Below are positions 19,084-30,552 of a DNA stretch of 64,000 bases, one piece after another. The notes under the pieces were generated by a model. It saw only the letters and a program-made list of their open reading frames with translations, ran no database searches and had not been told where the DNA came from. The position numbers were made by a program, and so were the translations under genes. The first letter of the stretch is position 1; the number at the start of each line of letters is the position of its first letter. This DNA is from Escherichia coli (GTDB taxonomy: Bacteria; Pseudomonadota; Gammaproteobacteria; Enterobacterales; Enterobacteriaceae): NCBI RefSeq assembly GCF_022846255.1, contig NZ_AP025682.1; one strand, 5' to 3'.

Positions 19084-19866
19084 ATGCGCACAAGCGACGT
19101 TACGCAACTGATGGATCTGGCGCTGGGGCTGTGGTTTCCCTTCGTGCGCATTATGGCGTTTCTGCGCTATATGCCGGTGCTGGATAACAGCGCCCTGACC
19201 GCGCGCGTGCGGATTATTTTGTCGCTGGCGCTGGCGATCATCATCACGCCGTTGATCCCCCATCCCATTCCCCACGACCTGCTTTCGCTCAATAGCCTGA
19301 TCCTGACGGTAGAGCAAATTTTATGGGGCATGTTGTTCGGGCTGATGTTTCAGTTTCTGTTTCTGGCGCTGCAACTGGCCGGGCAAATTCTCTCGTTCAA
19401 TATGGGGATGAGCATGGCGGTGATGAACGACCCGAGCAGCGGCGCATCGACCACTGTGCTGGCAGAGTTAATTAACGTTTACGCGATCCTGCTGTTTTTT
19501 GCCATGGACGGGCATCTGCTGCTGGTAAGCGTGCTGTATAAGGGTTTCACCTACTGGCCGATTGGCAACGCCCTGCATCCGCAAACCCTGCGCACCATCG
19601 CGCTGGCCTTTAGCTGGGTGCTGGCGTCGGCATCGCTGCTGGCGCTGCCGACCACTTTTATCATGCTGATTGTGCAGGGCTGCTTTGGCCTGCTCAACCG
19701 CATTGCGCCGCCGCTGAACCTTTTTTCTCTTGGCTTTCCTATCAACATGCTGGCGGGGCTGGTCTGCTTCGCCACCCTGCTCTACAACCTGCCGGATCAC
19801 TATCTGCATCTGGCGAATTTTGTGTTGCAGCAACTCGACGCGCTGAAAGGTCACTATGGCGGATAG
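19084..19866 (+). CDS. lfiR: Flagellar export apparatus protein FliR
   Basis: Polytopic membrane protein; likely ATG at 19084 immediately after the fliQ stop (ORF track starts at 19033). Confidence 0.8.
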   Translation: MRTSDVTQLMDLALGLWFPFVRIMAFLRYMPVLDNSALTARVRIILSLALAIIITPLIPHPIPHDLLSLNSLILTVEQILWGMLFGLMFQFLFLALQLAGQILSFNMGMSMAVMNDPSSGASTTVLAELINVYAILLFFAMDGHLLLVSVLYKGFTYWPIGNALHPQTLRTIALAFSWVLASASLLALPTTFIMLIVQGCFGLLNRIAPPLNLFSLGFPINMLAGLVCFATLLYNLPDHYLHLANFVLQQLDALKGHYGG

Positions 19867-20995
19867 CAGCAGCGAAGAAAAAACAGAGAAACCCTCGGCG
19901 CAAAAGCTGCGTAAAGCGCGTGAAGAGGGGCAGCTACCGCGCTCGAAGGATATGGGGCTGGCGGCGAGCCTGTTTGCAGCGTTTGTGGTGATCTCCAGTA
20001 GTTTTCCGTGGTATGCCGATTTTGTGCGCGAGAGTTTTATCAGCGTGCATCAGTACGCACAGGAGATTAATAACCCGCAGGTGATCGGTCAGTTTCTGCG
20101 CCATCACCTGTTAATTCTCGGCAAGTTTATCCTTACGTTGCTGCCGATGCCCGCCGCCGCACTGCTCTCCTCACTGGTGCCCGGCGGCTGGCTGTTTCTG
20201 CCGAAAAAAATCCTCCCGGATTTCAGCAAAATCAGCCCGTTAAAAGGCATTGGGCGACTGTTTTCCAGCGAACATCTGGCGGAAACGGGGAAGATGACAG
20301 TGAAGTCGGTGGTGGTGCTGGTAATGCTGTGGGTAAGCCTGCGCAATAACTTTGCCGCCTTTCTCGGCCTGCAGGCGCTGCCGTTCAAACTGGCGATGAA
20401 TGATGGATTATCGCTCTACGCCAGCGTGATGCGCAACTTTGTCATCCTGTTTATCTTCTTTGCGTTAATCGACGTGCCGCTGGCGAAAGCCCTGTTCACC
20501 AAAGGGCTGAAGATGACCAAGCAGGAGCTGAAAGAAGAGTACAAAAATCAGGAAGGCAAGCCGGAAGTGAAGGCGCGCGTGCGGCGGCTGCAACGGCAAC
20601 TGGCGATGGGGCAAATTCGCAAAGTGGTGCCGAAAGCCAACGTGGTGATCACCAACCCGACCCACTACGCCGTGGCGTTACAGTATGACTCATCACGTGC
20701 CGCCGCACCGTTTGTGGTGGCGAAAGGCACCGATGAAATCGCCCTCTATATTCGCCAGGTCGCCACTGAAAATCAGGTGGAAGTGGTGGAGTTCCCGCGA
20801 CTCGCGCGCTCGGTTTACTACACCACCCAGGTGAACCAGCAAATTCCGTTTCAGCTTTACCGGGCCATCGCCCACGTTCTGACCTACATCCTGCAAATGA
20901 AACACTGGCGCGAGGGCGCACAGCCGCGCCCGGCCCTGAACAGACATATTTCCATTCCCAAAGAGGTACTTAAACTGGATGGCGAAAACAACTAA
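19856..20995 (+). CDS. lfhB: Flagellar export switch protein FlhB
   Basis: 379 aa; N-terminus EKTEKPSAQKLRKAREEGQLPRSKD and the NPTH autocleavage motif (VVITNPTHYAVAL). Confidence 0.9.
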   Translation: MADSSSEEKTEKPSAQKLRKAREEGQLPRSKDMGLAASLFAAFVVISSSFPWYADFVRESFISVHQYAQEINNPQVIGQFLRHHLLILGKFILTLLPMPAAALLSSLVPGGWLFLPKKILPDFSKISPLKGIGRLFSSEHLAETGKMTVKSVVVLVMLWVSLRNNFAAFLGLQALPFKLAMNDGLSLYASVMRNFVILFIFFALIDVPLAKALFTKGLKMTKQELKEEYKNQEGKPEVKARVRRLQRQLAMGQIRKVVPKANVVITNPTHYAVALQYDSSRAAAPFVVAKGTDEIALYIRQVATENQVEVVEFPRLARSVYYTTQVNQQIPFQLYRAIAHVLTYILQMKHWREGAQPRPALNRHISIPKEVLKLDGENN

Positions 20996-23072
20996 ATCGT
21001 TCCTCGCGCCGCTGCGCGGCGGCAATCTCGGCGTGCCGTTGGTGATCCTGTGTATTCTGGCGATGGTTATTCTGCCGCTGCCGCCTGCGCTGCTGGATAT
21101 TCTGTTCACCTTCAACATTGTGCTGGCGGTGATGGTGCTGCTGGTGGCCGTGTCGGCGAAAAGGCCGCTGGAATTCAGCCTGTTCCCGACCATTTTGCTG
21201 ATCACCACCTTAATGCGTCTGACGCTTAACGTTGCTTCTACGCGCGTGGTGCTGCTACACGGGCATCTCGGCGCGGGCGCGGCGGGTAAGGTGATTGAGT
21301 CGTTTGGTCAGGTGGTGATTGGCGGCAACTTTGTCGTCGGTTTCGTGGTATTTATCATCCTGATGATCATCAACTTTATCGTCGTAACCAAGGGGGCCGA
21401 GCGTATTTCCGAGGTTTCTGCCCGCTTTACCCTGGACGCGATGCCCGGCAAACAGATGGCGATTGACGCCGATCTTAACGCCGGGTTGATCAACCAGACG
21501 CAGGCGCAAACCCGGCGTAAAGATGTCGCCAGCGAGGCCGATTTCTACGGCGCAATGGACGGGGCATCAAAATTTGTGCGCGGGGACGCCATCGCCGGGA
21601 TGATGATTCTGGCGATCAACCTGATCGGCGGCGTCTGTATCGGCATCTTCAAATACAACCTGAGCGCCGACGCCGCCTTCCAGCAATATGTGCTGATGAC
21701 TATCGGCGATGGGCTGGTGGCGCAAATCCCTTCCCTGCTGCTCTCCACCGCGGCGGCGATTATCGTCACCCGCGTCAGCGATAACGGTGATATCGCCCAT
21801 GACGTGCGTAATCAGTTGCTGGCAAGCCCGTCGGTTCTCTACACCGCCACTGGAATTATGTTCGTGCTGGCGGTGGTGCCGGGAATGCCGCATTTCCCGT
21901 TCCTGATGTTCAGCGCCCTGCTTGGTTTTACCGGCTGGCGGATGAGCAAGCGCCCGCAAGCGGCGGAGGCGGAAGAGAAAAGCCTCGAAACGCTAACCCG
22001 TACGATGACAGAAACCAGCGAGCAACAGGTCAGTTGGGAAACTATTCCGCTGATCGAACCTATCAGTTTAAGCCTCGGCTACAAACTGGTGGCGCTGGTG
22101 GATAAAGCGCAGGGCAACCCGCTCACCCAGCGTATTCGCGGCGTACGTCAGGTGATTTCCGACGGCAACGGCGTGCTGCTGCCGGAGATCCGTATTCGGG
22201 AAAACTTCCGTCTCAAGCCCAGCCAGTACGCCATTTTCATCAACGGCATTAAGGCTGATGAAGCGGATATTCCGGCGGATAAACTGATGGCCCTGCCCTC
22301 CAGCGAAACCTACGGCGAGATTGACGGCGTACTGGGGAATGACCCGGCATATGGGATGCCGGTCACCTGGATTCAGCCTGCGCAGAAAGCGAAGGCGCTG
22401 AATATGGGGTATCAGGTGATCGACAGCGCCAGCGTGATTGCCACCCATGTGAACAAGATTGTGCGCAGCTATATTCCTGACCTCTTTAACTATGACGATA
22501 TTACGCAGTTGCATAACCGCCTGTCGTCGATGGCACCGCGACTGGCGGAAGATTTGAGCGCGGCACTCAATTACAGCCAATTGCTGAAAGTGTACCGGGC
22601 GCTGCTGACCGAAGGCGTTTCCCTGCGCGATATCGTCACCATCGCCACCGTGCTGGTCGCCAGTAGTGCGGTGACCAAAGATCATATTCTGCTGGCGGCA
22701 GATGTGCGCCTGGCGCTGCGGCGCAGCATTACCCATCCGTTCGTTCGCAAGCAGGAGCTGACGGTGTATACGCTGAATAATGAGCTGGAAAATCTGCTGA
22801 CCAACGTGGTGAATCAGGCGCAACAGGCCGGCAAAGTGATGCTCGACAGCGTGCCAGTGGACCCGAATATGCTCAACCAGTTCCAGAGTACGATGCCGCA
22901 GGTAAAAGAGCAGATGAAAGCGGCGGGGAAAGATCCGGTGCTGCTGGTGCCTCCGCAGCTGCGCCCTTTGCTGGCGCGCTATGCAAGGTTGTTTGCGCCG
23001 GGGCTGCATGTGCTGTCGTATAACGAAGTGCCGGATGAGTTGGAGTTGAAGATAATGGGGGCGTTGAGTTGA
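20979..23072 (+). CDS. lfhA: Flagellar export gate protein FlhA
   Basis: 697 aa; FHxxK-type N-terminal TM region and large cytoplasmic domain. Confidence 0.9.
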   Translation: MAKTTKSFLAPLRGGNLGVPLVILCILAMVILPLPPALLDILFTFNIVLAVMVLLVAVSAKRPLEFSLFPTILLITTLMRLTLNVASTRVVLLHGHLGAGAAGKVIESFGQVVIGGNFVVGFVVFIILMIINFIVVTKGAERISEVSARFTLDAMPGKQMAIDADLNAGLINQTQAQTRRKDVASEADFYGAMDGASKFVRGDAIAGMMILAINLIGGVCIGIFKYNLSADAAFQQYVLMTIGDGLVAQIPSLLLSTAAAIIVTRVSDNGDIAHDVRNQLLASPSVLYTATGIMFVLAVVPGMPHFPFLMFSALLGFTGWRMSKRPQAAEAEEKSLETLTRTMTETSEQQVSWETIPLIEPISLSLGYKLVALVDKAQGNPLTQRIRGVRQVISDGNGVLLPEIRIRENFRLKPSQYAIFINGIKADEADIPADKLMALPSSETYGEIDGVLGNDPAYGMPVTWIQPAQKAKALNMGYQVIDSASVIATHVNKIVRSYIPDLFNYDDITQLHNRLSSMAPRLAEDLSAALNYSQLLKVYRALLTEGVSLRDIVTIATVLVASSAVTKDHILLAADVRLALRRSITHPFVRKQELTVYTLNNELENLLTNVVNQAQQAGKVMLDSVPVDPNMLNQFQSTMPQVKEQMKAAGKDPVLLVPPQLRPLLARYARLFAPGLHVLSYNEVPDELELKIMGALS

Positions 23073-23084
23073 TGGGGGAGACTA

Positions 23085-23140
23085 TATAAGGTCTCGGACT
23101 GTCCCCTCGCCCCTTTGGGGCGAGGGAGAAAAACGTGTAC
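23085..23140. repeat. Palindromic repeat (CCCCTCGCCCC...GGGGCGAGGG)
   Basis: gtcccctcgcccctttggggcgagggag perfect hairpin between convergent lfhA and yafL; same family as 6871-6980; could also act as a terminator. Confidence 0.6.
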
Positions 23141-23169
23141 GACTTTAACTTTTTCGCAGTATTGCCGTC

Positions 23170-23928
23170 CTACAAAATCGTCTCTTCCGTCAAAATCCGC
23201 CGCGCGCCTAAAAAATGATCCTGCCAGAAAGGTTCAGCTAACCGGCTTATCCGAATGGTTTCGCCGGTACGTGGTGACTCGATAAACTGACCGTCTCCCA
23301 GATACACCCCCATATGATCGGCTATCTCGCGGCTGTGAATATGGAAAAACAGCAAATCTCCCCGGCGCAGGTCGTTATTCGCCACAATCGTTGCCCGACG
23401 GTAGTGGTACATCTCATTGGCCGTGCGCGGGAGCTTAGCCTCAAGGATCTTGTTGTAGGCATAAAAAACCAACCCGCTACAGTCGAAGCCTTTATCAGGC
23501 CGCGTGCCCCCCCAGATATAAGGCTTACCTAGCTGCTGCTCCAGGCGGTGAATCGCCACTTCGGTGATGTTATGTAGATGGTCGCTGCTTAAGAAATGAT
23601 TATTCTCCACCAACGCCTGCCAGCGTCTGTCACTCGCCTTGAGCGGCGCAGGAAACCATTCTGGATGCTGTTTTATCTGCTCCCGATTATGCTGGCGCAG
23701 CGCCCTTCTGCTTTTGGCATTGCCTTCCACAATATAGCTGGCCTGCTTTTTCAGATGGGTTTGGTACTGTTTTAATAAACGCGCACGGTTTTGCATCCGC
23801 TGGCGGGCGGCGTAGCTAAAAGAGATATGTGATGTGGTGGCGCTGGCGAGTAAAGGGAGCAAAACGCATAACGAAAACACGCCTGGATGCAGAAATCTGC
23901 CGTGCAAGAACGAAGACATGAAGGACAT
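23170..23928 (-). CDS. yafL: NlpC/P60-family lipoprotein peptidase YafL
   Basis: DCSGLVFYAYN catalytic Cys motif and later His; signal peptide. Confidence 0.8.
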   Translation of the reverse strand: MSFMSSFLHGRFLHPGVFSLCVLLPLLASATTSHISFSYAARQRMQNRARLLKQYQTHLKKQASYIVEGNAKSRRALRQHNREQIKQHPEWFPAPLKASDRRWQALVENNHFLSSDHLHNITEVAIHRLEQQLGKPYIWGGTRPDKGFDCSGLVFYAYNKILEAKLPRTANEMYHYRRATIVANNDLRRGDLLFFHIHSREIADHMGVYLGDGQFIESPRTGETIRISRLAEPFWQDHFLGARRILTEETIL

Positions 23929-24230
23929 AAACCAGCTGAATGAAGGTGAGAATTTTAAAAGACCGGAGGAGTAAACGGGATTATTAATTGCTTATTTGCA
24001 TATTACTATTGCGGTTTCATAATCTTAGGAAATAAGAAATAAATCTACAATCCATGCGCTTTTCGGACTCTTGAAAACTGCCCCTGTGCTAAATTTGTAA
24101 ACCCTGCGCCGACAGGCTTGCGTAAAACTCTTTTGGTGATAATGTGAGCCTTCCAAATCCAGACTATTCCGATTTGGGATTCATTTTGCCGTCCTGGCGT
24201 GTGTAACCGTTTTATCAAGGAATAAGCAGT

Positions 24231-24971
24231 ATGCGTAAAATCGCATTAATTCTTGCGATGTTGTTGATCCCGTGCGTTTCGTTTGCCGGTTTGCTGGGCA
24301 GCAGTAGCTCGACCACGCCAGTGAGCAAAGAGTATAAGCAGCAGTTGATGGGATCCCCTGTCTACATCCAGATCTTCAAGGAAGAACATACGCTCGATCT
24401 CTACGTCAAAATGGGCGAGCAATATCAACTGCTCGACAGCTATAAAATCTGTAAATATTCCGGCGGCTTAGGGCCAAAACAGCGTCAGGGCGATTTCAAA
24501 AGCCCGGAAGGGTTTTATAGCGTCCAGCGTAATCAGTTAAAACCAGACAGCCGTTACTACAAAGCGATTAATATTGGATTCCCAAACGCCTATGACCGTG
24601 CGCATGGTTATGAAGGGAAATACCTGATGATTCACGGCGATTGTGTTTCCATCGGCTGCTACGCGATGACCAATCAGGGTATTGATGAGATCTTCCAGTT
24701 CGTTACTGGTGCGCTGGTGTTTGGTCAGCCGAGCGTGCAAGTGAGTATTTATCCGTTCCGCATGACCGACGCCAATATGAAGCGCCATAAATATTCCAAC
24801 TTTAAGGACTTCTGGGAGCAACTGAAGCCGGGCTACGACTACTTTGAGCAAACCCGTAAGCCACCGACCGTTTCTGTGGTCAATGGCCGTTACGTGGTCA
24901 GCAAGCCGTTAAGCCACGAAGTTGTGCAGCCACAACTGGCATCAAACTACACGCTCCCCGAGGCAAAATAA
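24231..24971 (+). CDS. yafK: L,D-transpeptidase-like protein YafK
   Basis: YkuD-like [12 protein letters not shown] motif; signal peptide. Confidence 0.8.
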   Translation: MRKIALILAMLLIPCVSFAGLLGSSSSTTPVSKEYKQQLMGSPVYIQIFKEEHTLDLYVKMGEQYQLLDSYKICKYSGGLGPKQRQGDFKSPEGFYSVQRNQLKPDSRYYKAINIGFPNAYDRAHGYEGKYLMIHGDCVSIGCYAMTNQGIDEIFQFVTGALVFGQPSVQVSIYPFRMTDANMKRHKYSNFKDFWEQLKPGYDYFEQTRKPPTVSVVNGRYVVSKPLSHEVVQPQLASNYTLPEAK

Positions 24972-25709
24972 GCGCCATTCACCTGGCATAATCTTTTGCC
25001 AGGTTTCATTGCCCGTCAGCGGCTGTGTCGCAATCACCGTGACCACATCATTCGGTGTGGTCTGCGAGCTGAAGTCGATTTCCACATCCTGATCCAGCAA
25101 CGTTGCCACGCCAAACGGCGCGCGGCGGGTGATCCAGTGTAAATTAGTCGAGCAATACGCCATTACATAGCGCCCATCCGAAAGTAGCATGTTGAAAACG
25201 CCCTTCTGCCGCAGTTCATCCGCCAGTGAGGCGATATATTTAAACACTGCCGCCATGTTGCCCGGTGTGCGCGGGTAACGCTGCGTTAATTTATGCAGGA
25301 GCCAGCAAAAGGCTTTTTCGCTATCGGTTTCACCGACCGGGCGGAAGTTGCCGGTTTCCAGTGATTTGTAGCCCGTCAGTTGTCCATTATGGGCATAAGT
25401 CCAGTTACGCCCCCATAACTCGCGGGTAAACGGGTGAGTATTTTCCAGCGCCACCTCGCCCCGATTAGCCTGGCGAATATGAGCCACCACCGAACAGGAT
25501 TTTATCGGGTAGTCCTGGACAAGTTTGGCGATGGGGGAATTAAAGCTGGGTTGCGGATCTTTAAATGTGCGACAGCCTTTACCTTCGTAAAAGGTAATGC
25601 CCCAGCCATCTTTATGTGGCCCGGTTCCACCACCACGCTGTACAAGTCCGGTGAAACTAAAGCAGATATCGGTAGGGACATTGGCGCTCATCCCGAGCAA
25701 TTCGCACAT
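24942..25709 (-). CDS. yafJ: Class II glutamine amidotransferase-like protein YafJ
   Basis: [11 protein letters not shown]-terminal nucleophile Cys right after Met; ORF track starts 15 nt upstream at 25724. Confidence 0.8.
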   Translation of the reverse strand: MCELLGMSANVPTDICFSFTGLVQRGGGTGPHKDGWGITFYEGKGCRTFKDPQPSFNSPIAKLVQDYPIKSCSVVAHIRQANRGEVALENTHPFTRELWGRNWTYAHNGQLTGYKSLETGNFRPVGETDSEKAFCWLLHKLTQRYPRTPGNMAAVFKYIASLADELRQKGVFNMLLSDGRYVMAYCSTNLHWITRRAPFGVATLLDQDVEIDFSSQTTPNDVVTVIATQPLTGNETWQKIMPGEWRLFCLGERVV

Positions 25710-25740
25710 GGGTAACCTCCACAACAGCGGGAGCGCATGG

Positions 25741-25824
25741 CCCCCGGCGAAGATTGATTAAAAAGTAAAAAGGTGCAGGCTGTTACCCTCACCCCGGCCC
25801 TCTCCCTGAAAGGGAGAAAAGACC
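25741..25824. repeat. Palindromic repeat (CCCTCTCCCtgaaaGGGAGAAAAG)
   Basis: ccctcaccccggccctctccctgaaagggag; same repeat family as 6871-6980. Confidence 0.55.
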
Positions 25825-26403
25825 TTACTTAACCATCTCTTTTTCAATTAACTGGATCAGGATATGGATCACTTTAATGTGGATCTCCTGAATGCGGTCG
25901 GCATAACCAAAGTGCGGAACGCGAATTTCAATATCCGCCGTGCCAGCCATTTTGCCGCCGTCTTTACCGGTCAGGGTGATCACTTTCATCCCCTTCTCAC
26001 GCGCCGCCGCGATCGCTTTGATCACGTTTGCAGAGTTACCGGAAGTGGAGATCCCCAGCAGTACATCGCCTTCGCGACCTACCGCTTCAACGTAACGGGA
26101 GAAAATATCATTGAAACCAAAATCATTACCGACGCAGGAAATATGGCTGACGTCAGAAATGGCAATCGCCGGGTAGCCCGGACGGTTTTCACGGTAGCGA
26201 CCGGTCAACTCTTCGGCAAAGTGCATGGCGTCGCAATGGGAGCCGCCGTTGCCACAGGAAAGCACTTTGCCACCGGCTTTAAAGCTGTCTGCTAACAGGA
26301 CCGCCGCGCGCTGAATGGCGTGAATATTGGCGTCATCTTTTAAAAAGTTAGCCAGCGTTTCCGCCGCTTCGTTCAGTTCATTACGAATAAGATCCTGGTA
26401 CAT
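25825..26403 (-). CDS. gmhA: Phosphoheptose isomerase GmhA
   Basis: [17 protein letters not shown]... SIS domain, 192 aa; the ORF track's extended start at 26565 is upstream of the real ATG. Confidence 0.9.
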
Positions 26404-26642
26404 GAGGATATCCTTCAGCATAAATGTAATAGACAAAATGCAGTGTACCGGATACCGCCAAAAGCGAGAAGTACGGGCAGGTGCTATGACCAGGACTTTT
26501 TGACCTGAAGTGCGGATAAAAACAGCAACAATGTGAGCTTTGTTGTAATTATATTGTAAACACATTGCTAAATATTTTCACATCCACTACAACCATATCA
26601 TCACAAGTGGTCAGACCTCCTACAAGTAAGGGGCTTTTCGTT

Positions 26643-29087
26643 ATGATGATTTTGAGTATTCTCGCTACGGTTGTCCTGCTCGGCGCATTGTTCTATCACC
26701 GCGTGAGCTTATTTATCAGCAGTCTGATTTTGCTCGCCTGGACAGCCGTCCTCGGCGTTGCTGGTCTGTGGTCGGCGTGGGTACTAGTGCCTCTGGCCAT
26801 TATCCTCGTGCCATTTAACTTTGCGCCTATGCGTAAGTCGATGATTTCCGCACCGGTATTTCGCGGTTTCCGTAAGGTGATGCCGCCGATGTCGCGCACT
26901 GAGAAAGAAGCGATTGATGCGGGCACCACCTGGTGGGAGGGCGACTTGTTCCAGGGCAAGCCGGACTGGAAAAAGCTGCATAACTATCCGCAGCCGCGCC
27001 TGACCGCTGAAGAACAAGCGTTTCTCGACGGCCCGGTAGAAGAAGCCTGCCGGATGGCGAATGATTTCCAGATTACTCATGAGCTGGCGGACCTGCCGCC
27101 GGAGTTGTGGGCGTACCTTAAAGAGCATCGTTTCTTCGCGATGATCATCAAAAAAGAGTACGGTGGGCTGGAGTTCTCGGCTTATGCCCAATCTCGTGTG
27201 CTGCAAAAACTCTCCGGCGTGAGCGGGATCCTGGCAATTACCGTCGGCGTGCCGAACTCATTAGGCCCGGGCGAGCTGCTGCAACATTACGGCACTGACG
27301 AGCAGAAAAATCACTATCTGCCGCGTCTGGCGCGTGGTCAGGAGATCCCTTGCTTTGCACTGACCAGCCCCGAAGCGGGTTCCGATGCGGGCGCGATTCC
27401 GGATACCGGGATTGTCTGCATGGGCGAATGGCAGGGCCAGCAGGTGCTGGGGATGCGTCTGACCTGGAACAAACGCTACATTACGCTGGCACCGATTGCG
27501 ACCGTGCTTGGTCTGGCGTTTAAACTCTCCGACCCGGAGAAATTACTCGGCGGTGCAGAAGATTTAGGTATTACCTGTGCGCTGATCCCGACCACCACGC
27601 CGGGCGTGGAAATTGGTCGTCGCCACTTCCCGCTGAACGTACCGTTCCAGAACGGACCGACGCGCGGTAAAGATGTGTTCGTGCCGATCGATTACATCAT
27701 CGGCGGGCCGAAAATGGCCGGGCAAGGCTGGCGGATGCTGGTGGAGTGCCTCTCGGTAGGCCGCGGCATCACCCTGCCTTCCAACTCAACCGGCGGCGTG
27801 AAATCGGTAGCGCTGGCAACGGGTGCGTATGCGCACATTCGCCGTCAGTTCAAAATTTCTATTGGTAAGATGGAAGGGATTGAAGAGCCGCTGGCGCGTA
27901 TTGCCGGTAATGCCTATGTAATGGATGCTGCGGCATCGCTGATTACCTACGGCATTATGCTCGGTGAAAAACCCGCCGTGCTGTCGGCTATCGTTAAGTA
28001 TCACTGTACCCACCGCGGGCAGCAGTCGATTATTGATGCGATGGATATCACTGGTGGCAAAGGCATTATGCTCGGGCAGAGCAACTTCCTGGCCCGTGCT
28101 TACCAGGGGGCACCGATTGCCATCACCGTTGAAGGGGCAAATATTCTGACCCGTAGCATGATGATCTTCGGTCAGGGGGCGATTCGTTGCCATCCGTACG
28201 TGCTGGAAGAGATGGAAGCGGCGAAGAACAATGACGTTAACGCGTTCGATAAACTGCTGTTCAAACATATCGGTCACGTCGGTAGCAACAAAGTTCGCAG
28301 CTTCTGGCTGGGCCTGACGCGCGGTTTAACCAGCAGCACGCCAACCGGCGACGCCACTAAACGCTACTATCAGCATCTGAACCGCCTGAGTGCCAACCTC
28401 GCCCTGCTTTCTGATGTCTCGATGGCGGTGCTGGGCGGCAGCCTGAAACGTCGTGAGCGCATCTCGGCCCGTCTGGGGGATATTTTAAGCCAGCTTTACC
28501 TCGCCTCTGCCGTTCTGAAGCGTTATGACGACGAAGGCCGTAATGAAGCCGATCTGCCGCTGGTGCACTGGGGCGTACAGGATGCGCTGTATCAGGCAGA
28601 ACAGGCGATGGACGATTTACTGCAAAACTTCCCGAACCGTGTGGTTGCCGGGCTGCTGAATGTGGTGATCTTCCCGACCGGACGTCATTACCTGGCACCG
28701 TCTGACAAGCTGGATCATAAAGTGGCGAAGATTTTACAAGTACCGAACGCCACTCGTTCACGTATTGGTCGCGGTCAGTACCTGACGCCGAGCGAGCATA
28801 ACCCGGTTGGTTTACTGGAAGAGGCGCTGGTGGATGTGATTGCCGCCGACCCGATTCATCAGCGGATCTGTAAAGAGTTGGGTAAAAACCTGCCGTTTAC
28901 CCGTCTGGATGAACTGGCGCACAACGCGCTGGCGAAGGGGCTGATTGATAAAGATGAAGCCGCTATTCTGGTGAAAGCTGAAGAAAGCCGTCTGCGTAGT
29001 ATTAACGTTGATGACTTTGATCCAGAAGAGCTGGCGACGAAGCCGGTAAAGTTGCCGGAGAAAGTGCGGAAAGTTGAAGCCGCGTAA
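26643..29087 (+). CDS. fadE: Acyl-CoA dehydrogenase FadE
   Basis: 814 aa from [11 protein letters not shown]; N-terminal membrane segment plus acyl-CoA dehydrogenase domains. Confidence 0.9.
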   Translation: MMILSILATVVLLGALFYHRVSLFISSLILLAWTAVLGVAGLWSAWVLVPLAIILVPFNFAPMRKSMISAPVFRGFRKVMPPMSRTEKEAIDAGTTWWEGDLFQGKPDWKKLHNYPQPRLTAEEQAFLDGPVEEACRMANDFQITHELADLPPELWAYLKEHRFFAMIIKKEYGGLEFSAYAQSRVLQKLSGVSGILAITVGVPNSLGPGELLQHYGTDEQKNHYLPRLARGQEIPCFALTSPEAGSDAGAIPDTGIVCMGEWQGQQVLGMRLTWNKRYITLAPIATVLGLAFKLSDPEKLLGGAEDLGITCALIPTTTPGVEIGRRHFPLNVPFQNGPTRGKDVFVPIDYIIGGPKMAGQGWRMLVECLSVGRGITLPSNSTGGVKSVALATGAYAHIRRQFKISIGKMEGIEEPLARIAGNAYVMDAAASLITYGIMLGEKPAVLSAIVKYHCTHRGQQSIIDAMDITGGKGIMLGQSNFLARAYQGAPIAITVEGANILTRSMMIFGQGAIRCHPYVLEEMEAAKNNDVNAFDKLLFKHIGHVGSNKVRSFWLGLTRGLTSSTPTGDATKRYYQHLNRLSANLALLSDVSMAVLGGSLKRRERISARLGDILSQLYLASAVLKRYDDEGRNEADLPLVHWGVQDALYQAEQAMDDLLQNFPNRVVAGLLNVVIFPTGRHYLAPSDKLDHKVAKILQVPNATRSRIGRGQYLTPSEHNPVGLLEEALVDVIAADPIHQRICKELGKNLPFTRLDELAHNALAKGLIDKDEAAILVKAEESRLRSINVDDFDPEELATKPVKLPEKVRKVEAA

Positions 29088-29095
29088 TTGAATAA

Positions 29096-29120
29096 CGGAG
29101 CCTTTCGGCTCCGTTTTTTT
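29096..29120 (+). terminator. Rho-independent terminator between convergent fadE and ivy
   Basis: cggagcc-tttc-ggctccg stem-loop followed by TTTTTTT. Confidence 0.7.
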
Positions 29121-29129
29121 ATCGGCTAA

Positions 29130-29603
29130 TTATTTAAAATTAAAGCCATCCGGATGGTTTTCCAGGCTGCCGGTCAACGCCGCGAACAGCACCGTTTTAC
29201 CATCAATAGAAAGCGCATCGTTCACATTCAACCAGGTGAGTTTCTCTTGCGACGTTTTCTCATCAATGGTCGAGAACAGCCCCGTCATCTGATTAGATTT
29301 CTCGGACCACATCACAGCGATACGTTGCGAGCCACAGTCATGCGGTTTGCACGCGCTCATCACCTGATACGTCTCATCTCCCAACGTTACGGTTTGTGCA
29401 GGGGTATAAGTACCGCCTTTCATCACCCAGGCCGGCAGCTTATGCCCTTGCACCATCTGATTAAACGCCGCTTTGGTGGTTTCGCCCTTTGCAAGACTGC
29501 TAATGGTTAAATCATCCTGCGCCATTGCACTGGTGGCGATGACCAGAGCGGCGACTGTCGTTATTGCCTTAAACATCATTCCTCCCGGGCTTATCCTGCC
29601 CAT
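29130..29603 (-). CDS. ivy: Inhibitor of vertebrate lysozyme Ivy
   Basis: 157-aa periplasmic protein with the CKPHDCG motif typical of Ivy. Confidence 0.85.
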   Translation of the reverse strand: MGRISPGGMMFKAITTVAALVIATSAMAQDDLTISSLAKGETTKAAFNQMVQGHKLPAWVMKGGTYTPAQTVTLGDETYQVMSACKPHDCGSQRIAVMWSEKSNQMTGLFSTIDEKTSQEKLTWLNVNDALSIDGKTVLFAALTGSLENHPDGFNFK

Positions 29604-29756
29604 GTGATTAACTCCCTAAAGCCTGGCGATAACACGATAATTTGCAAATCAGATATTTCCAATATCAGCATTTGTTATCAATTTATTCTGCGCTAAGGCA
29701 ACTGCCTGATAAGGTGTTAGAGTTATAAAACCCTTCGCATAAAGGAGTTGTACACC

Positions 29757-30527
29757 GTGCCTGGTTTGAAGATTACGCTTTTGCAGCAACCACTGGTGTG
29801 GATGGATGGTCCTGCCAACCTGCGCCATTTTGATCGTCAACTGGAAGGTATTACCGGGCGCGATGTGATCGTTCTACCGGAGATGTTTACCAGCGGCTTT
29901 GCCATGGAAGCGGCAGCTTCGTCGCTAGCACAAGATGACGTAGTGAACTGGATGACAGTCAAAGCGCAGCAGTGCAATGCGCTGATTGCAGGCAGTGTTG
30001 CATTACAAACGGAGTCTGGTTCGGTTAACCGCTTTTTGCTGGTTGAGCCGGGCGGCACGGTACATTTTTATGATAAGCGTCATCTGTTCCGCATGGCAGA
30101 TGAGCATCTACATTATAAAGCGGGCAATGCGCGAGTGATTGTGGAATGGCGCGGCTGGCGTATTTTGCCGCTGGTGTGCTACGACTTACGTTTTCCGGTG
30201 TGGTCGCGCAATCTCAACGATTATGACCTCGCCCTGTACGTCGCCAACTGGCCTGCTCCGCGCTCTCTACACTGGCAGGCATTGCTGACAGCCCGCGCGA
30301 TTGAGAATCAGGCGTATGTGGCGGGATGCAATCGCGTCGGCAGCGATGGCAACGGCTGCCATTATCGTGGTGACAGCCGGGTGATTAATCCGCAAGGCGA
30401 GATTATCGCTACTGCCGACGCGCATCAGGCAACGCGCATTGATGCGGAGCTGTCGATGATGGCATTGCGGGAATATAGAGAAAAGTTTCCGGCATGGCGG
30501 GATGCGGATGAGTTTAGGTTGTGGTGA
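29757..30527 (+). CDS. yafV: Nitrilase-family omega-amidase YafV
   Basis: CN-hydrolase family (LPEMF, CYDLRFP motifs); GTG start at 29757. Confidence 0.85.
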   Translation: MPGLKITLLQQPLVWMDGPANLRHFDRQLEGITGRDVIVLPEMFTSGFAMEAAASSLAQDDVVNWMTVKAQQCNALIAGSVALQTESGSVNRFLLVEPGGTVHFYDKRHLFRMADEHLHYKAGNARVIVEWRGWRILPLVCYDLRFPVWSRNLNDYDLALYVANWPAPRSLHWQALLTARAIENQAYVAGCNRVGSDGNGCHYRGDSRVINPQGEIIATADAHQATRIDAELSMMALREYREKFPAWRDADEFRLW

Positions 30528-30552
30528 GTGGGTGTTGTGTTTAGGGCCGGGG

